From Iphione sp. A-MEVVRFRX5 (lineage: Eukaryota): a DNA stretch of 64,000 bases. Shown one piece after another: positions 28,101 through 37,100 of this stretch. The position numbers and the translations under genes were made by a program. How positions within the stretch are numbered: the first letter of the stretch is position 1; each line of letters opens with the position of its first letter. The notes beneath the pieces are model-generated. The model searched no databases. It was given only the letters and a program-made list of their open reading frames with translations, and had not been told where the DNA came from. The DNA lies in assembly GCA_976226885.1 (NCBI GenBank), contig OZ320315.1:56544001-56608000 (forward strand). Reading direction: 5' to 3'.

Positions 28101-31100
28101 CTTTGCAATAAGAGGGTGAGTATCTCTAGAGTATTTCTACATAATTGCAACTAATATAAAGTGATTATTAATATTTAATCATCACATTCTGTATGAACAC
28201 GTCTACCACGTGTTGGTCGATCAGTAGTGACTGACAAGCGATCAGTATATGTGATACCTCTGGAGGGTTGTACCCATGTATGAGGAAGTACATCTGGAAC
28301 TTGTGTACATAATGAAGAGTAATGCTGTATTATTACAAATCATTAGATATATTGGAATTGCAGTTTGTTTTTTTTTCATCTAGGTTGCAGATGCCCCTTG
28401 CGTTGCAATATCTCATAGAAGATGGTCCCACCAAGAAAACAGTGTACAGGCGTTTATGGGTAGCTGTGAAGGTAAGGCCAATTGACTGGGAATAAACATG
28501 ATGGGAATTATTTTGAAAGATGACAATGCCTATAGTAAAATACCTACTTCTTATTTTTACAGTTCGGTGGTCAACTTGGTGGTGGGATGACCACTTTCAA
28601 TTTCCCACCTGAGCTACGTGCTGCCATCCGTGCTTGTTATGCTGATGGACAAGGAGGGGCATATGACCATCAGTACAATGGCAATCCACATGTATGCATT
28701 ATAACTGAGTCTCGAATGTCACAGTGGAATTTCATGATCATCTGAACAGTTCTGTTGTTGGAAATGTAGATGTTTGCCTGCATATCATAAAATGTGGTGC
28801 TGACTGTGTGCTTCCTTCCAGGTGTATCATGTGTCCTACACTGAGCTTGCCAACATACCCTACCCTCCTAGGAAGAAGACCAAGTGAGAACACAAGGCAA
28901 GTAACTCCTGCTCATTTATGGCGACAGCTTTCCAAGATCAGTTTCCTGTGGACATCAAAGGCTGCTGAGTGCCATAATTTGACACAATTTCTCTCTGAAT
29001 TCAAGCAAAGGTGCATGTTGCACTTCGGGTGAAGGCATGCCCAGTTGCCCTTGTACTGCTGGCCATGGACGATGTAGCACAATTTGCAATTCCGTCGAGC
29101 AGGGACATACTCTGGTGTGTCCGCAGTGATACTCAGCGTATTCATGTGTTCTTGAGGCAAGTGTGGAGCCACTGGCTGGCATGGGAACAGGTACTGGCTC
29201 ATCATCAGAAATTCCTGCAAGCTGTTTTGCCAGCTCAGCTCTGAACCACAGCTGTGAGTAATATGCTGGTCTTTGTAGAGCCGGATCATCAGGATGAAGT
29301 TTCCTCCATTTTGTGAATAGAATGAAGGCATTTACAATGGCTACATCAATCATATGGTAGAATAAGGTTTTCCACCAATGAACTGATTTGAGCAGCACAT
29401 TGTAAGGCTGGATCAGCTGATCTGATAGATCAACAGCCCCCATTTGCAGATTGTATTCAACGATGGCCGCAGGCTTCTTTACATACACAACACGGTTACG
29501 TCCAGCTGGGTCTTTCACATTCCTCTTTGCCATACTGAAGAGATGCCCTTGGTGAATGGTTGAGCATACGGTGACACTTCGTGAGTCCATCCATTGTTGG
29601 AATAGAATAGGACCATCCCTCAGATATCGCATGTCACCACGAGATGATTTTTTTGCCCAGGTCTTATCCTTCAGCACCTGTAGAAGAAGAAGTGTGGATG
29701 TACTTAGTAAATGCAGACAAGAATGAATGATATATTTCAGATAGCAATGACCAATATGTTTCTTGAGAGCAAATATCACTATGCATTGTGGTATCAGGTG
29801 AGGACTTTTCTCTAGGAAATTTTACCTGTGGCATTCCTTTCCTGTTTGTGATGACAGTCCCACAAGAAGTGATTCCATTAGAGAGCAGATGGGTCAGCAG
29901 AGCAATTGATGTGTAAAAGTTGTCGAACCACAGTTGGTAACCCTGATGCATAAATGATGGGATCAGATTCGCCACTACATCATATGCAAGACCATTGCTG
30001 CTGGGATTTTCTCTCTTGCCAGTGTAGACGCTGTGGTAAAAAACATAACTGATCTTAATTAGTAGTGCAGTAATGCATAGATTGGGTAGGGAGAGTACAA
30101 CGTATCACAATGCACTAGGGTTAATTGTCATTTTGTCACTGTATGTCACTGTTTTCTATAGGAACTTACTTGAATTGCAGAGTGTATCCAGTGAGGGATT
30201 CGCAAGCACACCACAATTTGAAACCAAACCGTACTGGTTTCTGTGGCATATACTGGCGAATCCCTGATCTGCCCTTGCTCTTCACCATTCGCTCATCCAT
30301 GGCAATATTCCTTCCAGGTTGATACACTTGAGGGCACACCTTGTTGAAGTGCTCCAGGAGAGGTCTAACCTTGCAGAGCTTATCATCATGATCTTCTTCA
30401 GTTGGATGGGATACGTGCATCATTGCAAGTATTGCCTTGAACCTACAAGAACAACCAAGGAGAAGCAAGGCATCACTCAGTATTCCTGTACCTTACATGA
30501 AATAAAATGAAACTGTTCCTGACATAAATCTCTTCATTCCTCTTACTGAATATACAGACATATACAGATGTACTGCTCTTACCTGTTCCTAGACATATAC
30601 CGCCTAGCCCATGATCCTGAGAAGGGCGGAATTGTACACCAGTACAACGCCATTTCTGGGAACCGATTCAAACCCATCAGGATGACCAGTCCCAAGAAGC
30701 AAGACATTTCTTGAAGTGTAATGTTTTCCCAGCTTCCATCAGAAAACTTGGCATAGCTCTGCTTATCGAGGATGTGTATCCATGCATATGTGTTGGAGTT
30801 GTCCACCAGCAACTGCATTGAAATAAAACAACAATTACACACATTTGCTACCAAAGGTCGCATACATACAAATATGATGTAGTCCAGTGGTCAGTGCACA
30901 TGGCTTTTGATGGCAGGACTTGGAGTCAAACAAAAAGACAAAAAACAAAAAGAATTATACATAAACACATATTATTTCATGATTTTATTACCTGCATGAC
31001 ATCCATGGTGAAAAAGAGCTTTAAAAAATCTATAGCTCTTGTAAATGCTCCAGCTTCAGATCTTGTACCACTGTCACAAATGTGCAAGCCTACTGGCCTT

Positions 31101-34100
31101 CTTGGCTTGAATGCTGGATTTGAGATCCTTGCATCCCTATCATCATAGGATTTCAGCCTGTCGTATTCAAAAAGATGTATTTATTATAAGTACCATTATT
31201 ACCTCGGATATATGATGTAAGTGATGTAGTCCAGTGGTCAGCGCACATGACTTTTGATGGAAGGACATGGGTTCGAATCCCTTGAGGGGTAAACTTTTTT
31301 TTTTCCATAATGTTCCATTTACAGGAGTACTTTACCAAATTAACACCAAAACATTATCCTTCCAAGCAATAGACACACTTATCACTAAATTTAGGTAATA
31401 CTTCACTCCCAATAATATTATTGATAATAAAGCATACGATACTTACGTCTTTGACGTTGTCTGCCTCCTTGGCTCTTCCACTGGAGGGAACACATCTGGA
31501 TCTTCTTCATCCTGTGCCTCATCTGGTCTCACCAATAGCTCATCCAGGAGGTCTTCTTCCTCAGGTGATAACCCTTCTTGGTTACACTCATCCACATATT
31601 GCACCCCAAACCCTCTGGCTATGAGGCCTTTTGCTTTTTCAGCTGCAGTTCGTTTAGGACGACTCATGGTTACCCACTCCAGTGTTTGAACACTGACTGG
31701 AGGTGTTACATCAGGTCACGTGACTATTTATTCATTAATGGAATCAATTAAAAATCACCAAAACACAAAAAAGGGTTAATGTATTTGTTTCCTTTTATTT
31801 CTGGCATTTCCAAGCAAATACAATGACGAATAATCATTATCCACTCATGTCAGGTGATCATCCTCCTCCAGTGCCTAAACTTGGTCTGCCCACTGATTCA
31901 GTGGTCACGTGACTCAGCTAATTTGCATAAAACTAAAAAAAAACAACAAAAAAGTGTTTCGGTATATGTTTACTATTATTCCTGAAAATTTGGTACAAAT
32001 CGGATAATTATTAATGGTAGAAATTAACCAAATCCTTATCATCCAGATCTGTACGATAAGCCTATGGTCGGTCAGGAAGGGGTTAAAGCCACTACCAAAT
32101 ACACTTTTAAGAGTATTGTAATCTCGATGTTGGGACTCTCCAACCTAATATGCTACAAATAACTAGATCACCGACATAAATGTGATAGTAACAGATCAAA
32201 CAATAACAAATCAAATCAAATCACCATGGTATTGTGCAGTAATGGTTTGTCCCGTACAACAGTTAGTGGTAATAGCATATCAGACATAATGAATCAAAAC
32301 AAATCACCATGGTATACCACTCTTAGATTAATTACTTGAGAGCAAACATTATACATTTTTACCCTCCCACAGCAGTTGATGCATAATACAACTGAGACAA
32401 TAATGAGTTCAATTATCAATAACGTTATCAAATAGTAAAACGCCATAGTGGTGCCAATCAGCCCCACTTGGTCTACCAGGTTACGTACCAATCGAGTATT
32501 TTCCTTTTAACTCAAATGTTTCTCAGTGAGATAGCGTCAAAAACCAAACTAGTCAGCTTACTGGAAACAACAATTAATTACCGAGTCCGCCAGTGTGGTG
32601 CCAACAGCCCCACCTGGTGTTGTCAAGTAAATTATATTCGTTGACCAGGCAAAATGGCAAATTAACTAGCTCCTTGTTTTCTGTAAGGTAAATTTAATAC
32701 AAATGACAATTGAATACTGAGTCCGCCAAGTAGTGCCAACAGCCCCACTTGGCTTCTTCAAGTAAGCTGAAATTATTTGTCAATCATAAAGGCAAAAATG
32801 ACCTCACCTTCTCTTTAGTAGGGAATCAAATCATACTTTTACCATAGGCCGTACAGTTGGCGATAAAGCCGTATCAATGCGTCTATCAGATACCTAACCA
32901 AATAGGGCTTCCAGCAGTCCTCCAAGTGGCATCCATCCCCAAGTCTCGACAGTCGGTTTCTCCAAACGCCCTCCTTCCTCGAATGTAGTACCATGTGACA
33001 CCATGGAGTCGGGACTCCGTGGGCCATGTTAATCGTTACGATTCGCTGGTTGACCATATGTGTGGCAGTATTTATAACTGACTGGACACGTTGACTGTCT
33101 CTGGAGGTAGCGTAGTATCCATTTAGGACATAATTCATTCGGCCGTAATCCCTCGAGAATATAGTTGCCAGCATGATAGTACTCGACGGGTAACGGCGCT
33201 GTATCCTAAATCAAGCGTACCGGTACATCACTTCCAGTTCATTTGCAGCTTCGATTGGTGAGAAGTATCTTGGCATGACATACCGTATAGATACTCCATC
33301 GTCCCTGGTCATACGCCGACGGACTGTTAGGTTGTTCGTCCCCACGAGGATTATTATGACCGAAGGTATTGGCGTCAGGTCTTCCGACAGAGCACTGTCA
33401 ACCAAACTGTTTATTGTGGCGCCTGGATATACACGCATGTTTACATGCCAGCTGGTCCTATCAAATATTTCTTGCAGACCCCTACCGTGACTCGAAGTGA
33501 GGATATAGATAGACGCCATTTCGCCGGTCTTTTACTTTAGTCGAGTTTTGTTTGCAAAGAGTTATTGCTTTTCCGCCACTGTTTTCGTAAACGGGCTTCC
33601 GACCATGCAGTCACTCGTGGTTGTTTTCGGGCTCGGCACTTCCGGCGTGTCCGTGGTGCGGGTGCATTCGGAAACAGTGGCAGATTCTGCCGAGTTATCC
33701 GGTTGCAACATCGGTGGAGACAAAGCAGCTAGTTCGTTCCTGATCTGTTCTAGCATCTTACCAAGATGGTTCTTCCCAGTGAATGATCCTTCCAGTAGCT
33801 CTTTTGAACCTAGGTTTTGTCCAGCACCCCAGAATGTAGAGCGGCTTGCTTCAATCAATATGTCATTTCCAGTTGATTGCAGATATATAGCAAGCCAACT
33901 TCCCGGGGCAAATTTGCAGCGAAGGGTTGTCAGCATAGCTTCTGTCTTGCCCGTTTCCCATGCTGCCGACGGGGGGATTCTGGCTTTCAGTGATAACAGA
34001 TCATCAATATTCTTTACCTTTAGGATTTCTTCTGCAAGCTTTGGGTTGTTTGCCGCTTTTGCCTTGAGCCATTGGTATCTCTGTTCCGAAGAATCAAAGG

Positions 34101-37100
34101 TATGACCGTCTGTTTCCATCTTCACTGGATACAAATTTGACAGTGGTGACACTGAGAACGCAAAGAACAACCTTCCAGCATCTCTGATATGAGATGATTC
34201 GTAGAGTTTCAATGATGGCGGGGCAGTGGATATTGTGTCAGTGGTGTATGCCTTTCCATCAATCACTATTGATTCTCCACTTAATTTAATAGAGGTTGTC
34301 GGTGAGTGTCTTTTCACATATCGCTTTACCCACCCTAATTCAGATTTTTTACGGCGAGTACTTGGGGCTTCATCCTGGTTGATCCAGATATTGGACCCTT
34401 TTAGAAGCCGTCTGTTTCTCAACAATGCTTCTACTGTGCTCTGCCGAACAAATTTGATTAAGATAGGTCCCAGAGGCATCGGCCCAGCTCTTTTTATCCT
34501 AAAGGCAGTATCAATGTCGTCTTCCTTTATCGTTACACCAATCTTCGAAGCAATTTCAATCACCTGCTGTGATATATCTGTTCTGGCTTGTAGTCCTGAG
34601 CCATCTATTAGCAATGTTTTCCGTCGATTCCATTTATCCATATCCGCTCGCAGATTAGCCACACAACTGGAGCCCGATATGTCATTCAAACGTTTCATCT
34701 CCGCCCGCAAGCTATTATTTTCATTGGTTAACCTTGCAATATCAGATTTCAGAGCATTGATCTCTTTCTTCTTACCCTCCACCTTGGTGTTGATATCTTT
34801 CACCTTGTTCAGTGAGGAGTCCATTTTAGATTCAAATACATCTAGCCTAGCATTCAATGATGATTTTATCCCCCGCACCTCCTTCAGTAGTAGTTGAAAA
34901 TTTTCCGGCCCAATCTCTCCAGTGAGGATCATCTCTTCCTCAGTTGTCGAACTATTTGCCTTTTTACGTATAGAATCCCTTTTCGCCGATTGGCCCGGCA
35001 CCTCAGTGTTATTCAAATATTCTAGGATGCTTGATTGATTCAACTTGGGAGGGATTCCCTCAGACCGATCCATGTTTGGACTTACAGGTGGGTTTACTAA
35101 TGCACCTGCCATAGCAGCCGTCAGAATCGTGTGCCCACCTCAATATCGCTCACAAGCAGATTAAAAAAAACAAATATATCGGCGTTCTTCACAACAGATA
35201 AGTTCAAGAACGATATCAAAATGTTCTTATTATACTGACTTTAGTGAAGGCCTTGTCTTTCGTGTCCAGTTCACATGGGTAATATCCTAGCCTGACATTC
35301 TCAGGGGAGCCGGGTTCGCGGTACCTCTCTCTACCGCACCATGCTTGTTTATGATGTTCTTCCATCCTCTTCATCCTCTGACTTCTCATCCCCACTCTCA
35401 CTGGGCTTGTGGTTATTCACCTCCTCCTTAATCTCTGAGGGAGTTGGGGCCTCATCCAGAATGTGTGGCTGATGTTCTTCTCCGGCCCCACTGAGCCATG
35501 GGGGATCCCCATCAACCATCCCTAACTTGACTGGTGTCATTAGGTCCACTTCCTGAAGCTCACCTGCCTTGTCACCTGGCAGCTCCACCCAGAGCTTGCC
35601 GAGCTCTGCCCACTTGGCAGGCTCACCATGCTCCACTGCATGTTCTGCCGGATGCTCCACTGAGTCAAACTCCACTGATGCTCCGGTGGTGGAGATCCCA
35701 CTGCTGCCACCAATTGTACACCCCGAACGAAGTGACATACTAGGAGGTAATGTTTCCTGAAGTTCATTGCTTGAATGCAAGAAGGTGAATGATGATGAAG
35801 CTCTGCAAGGCTGCTTTTTATACATAAATGTGAATCCGCCCAGAGCCCCAAACATTACATTAAACTCCGCCTGAAGGCTCTGCCCAGAATACGGCCCAAC
35901 TTACTCTACTTACACTATATTTTATCATTATCACTTAAATACATTCTTTTCTCTCCTGTGTTTTTCCTCCTTGCTAATATTGTATATTCTCTGCCTTCCC
36001 AAAATCTCATAGGTGCTCTTCCATTGTTTTTAGAGTTCCTACATGTGTTCCTTCTTTTGGGTCACAGCTATCGAAACTTAAGCTCAGCCAATTTGTATAC
36101 CAGACAGTCCTTAGGGCTCTGAGAGTATTTCATTCTTCGATATGCCTCACTTTTTATGGTGATAGCATGTCTTAACCTTTTGTGTGCTTTTAAAGGGCAT
36201 TGCATAGGTTATACCTGTACTTTGACCATTGGGACATATTCTATCTGCAATGCATTGTCTCACTTTTAAGAGGAATTCTGTGATGTAATTACAACTATTA
36301 GACTAATAGCTACCTGTCAAATTGGTTTCACCTGCTCAACACTTAATAATTTTACATTAGGACGTTTACCACATCTTGTAACATTAAGCTCATCATATCG
36401 AGATTAAATGATTAGCTTTAACTTTCCCATGGATTAGATTACGATCACTAAGTTTTATTTCTATACTAGCCGCTTTGTACATACGGACATCTGAAAAAGT
36501 CAAGTCAATTGTGGATGCACCATTTTTACGCTTTCGTGTCGGTTCCTGCACTTGTTGACGTGGCCCAAACATTAATTTAGTTTCTTCTAAGTTGTAACAA
36601 CTCTTTGACACGACATTACGGTATCATTCGCTACTCATATTGTTGCCAATTAAATCACATGCTTGCTTCACGTTCCCATTTACGAACCTTTTACCTAATG
36701 AATTCTAAATGAATCGAATATTCTGTGAACAAACCATACTTTACGGCTAAGTTTCCATGTACACCCTATCCAAGTAAGGTATGTAAGTGTACTGTAAATG
36801 TGCTTTTTTTTGGAATACATGTATATACACAAATGTTTCCATATCAGCATGGGGCATGCAATGTGCAGTATGTCCGCATGTAGCATGTTTAAAAAATGGT
36901 ACATGTCCCATTCTGCCATGAAAGTTAGGTATGTTGGAACATGTTTTTTGGAAAGAATTGTTGTTGTAAAATGAGAACATGGCGAATACATGCTTCACGG
37001 TGTGTACACAGTCATTATCAGATTAAGAAAGGATTAGCAGAAATGCCCAAACCAATATGGCTACATGGAGATATGAGCACATGGATACCCAGCCTAACCT

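Larger units (their letters stand above)
28912..31667 (-). pseudogene. piggyBac transposase, 6 exons, ~618 aa after correcting one frameshift
   Basis: complement(join(31447..31667,30992..31157,30583..30812,30170..30442,29826..30030,28912..29677)); all introns GT-AG and phase-compatible. DDD triad in AMDERM, FDNFYTS and GAVDLSDQ. The Cys-rich CTD (CKLC...CLHPKCNMHLC) is shifted by an apparent 4-bp duplication at 29173-29180. Confidence 0.9.
27381..32082. mobile_element. piggyBac DNA transposon, 4702 bp, carrying two spliced genes
   Basis: TTAA at 27377-27380 and 32083-32086; perfect 15-bp TIRs CCCCTTCCTGACCGA (27381-27395, 32068-32082). Confidence 0.96.
27293..32746 (-). repeat. Dispersed 16-17-nt spacer motif GGGGCTG(A)TTGGCAC(C/T)A, 4 copies
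   Basis: Copies at 27293-27308, 32449-32465, 32596-32611 and 32731-32746. The last two lie in ~135-bp duplicated units. Copies occur on both sides of the piggyBac. Confidence 0.85.
23760..35235 (-). mobile_element. Near-intact CR1-group (L2/Crack/Daphne-like) LINE with NADAR-fused ORF1 and a separate esterase ORF; about 6.8 kb without the piggyBac
   Basis: ORF1, SGNH ORF, spacer and APE-RT ORF2 are colinear on the minus strand. The 3' end has AATAAA (23785-23780) and an A7 tail joined to Gypsy RT. The 5' boundary is approximate. Confidence 0.85.
18739..35914 (-). mobile_element. Gypsy (Ty3/Metaviridae) LTR retrotransposon, decayed, internally deleted and interrupted by a LINE
   Basis: Two ~200-bp TG...CA LTRs, a PBS, a PPT and pol in RT-RNaseH-integrase order. 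Flanks are ATAT / CTAT (4-bp TSD with 1 mismatch). Confidence 0.92.

Noticed and set aside
34226-34897. 223-aa plus-strand ORF, and similar plus-strand ORFs at 5768, 14810, 24762 and 26412
   Set aside because: They are antisense shadows of minus-strand LINE coding frames with no independent motifs.
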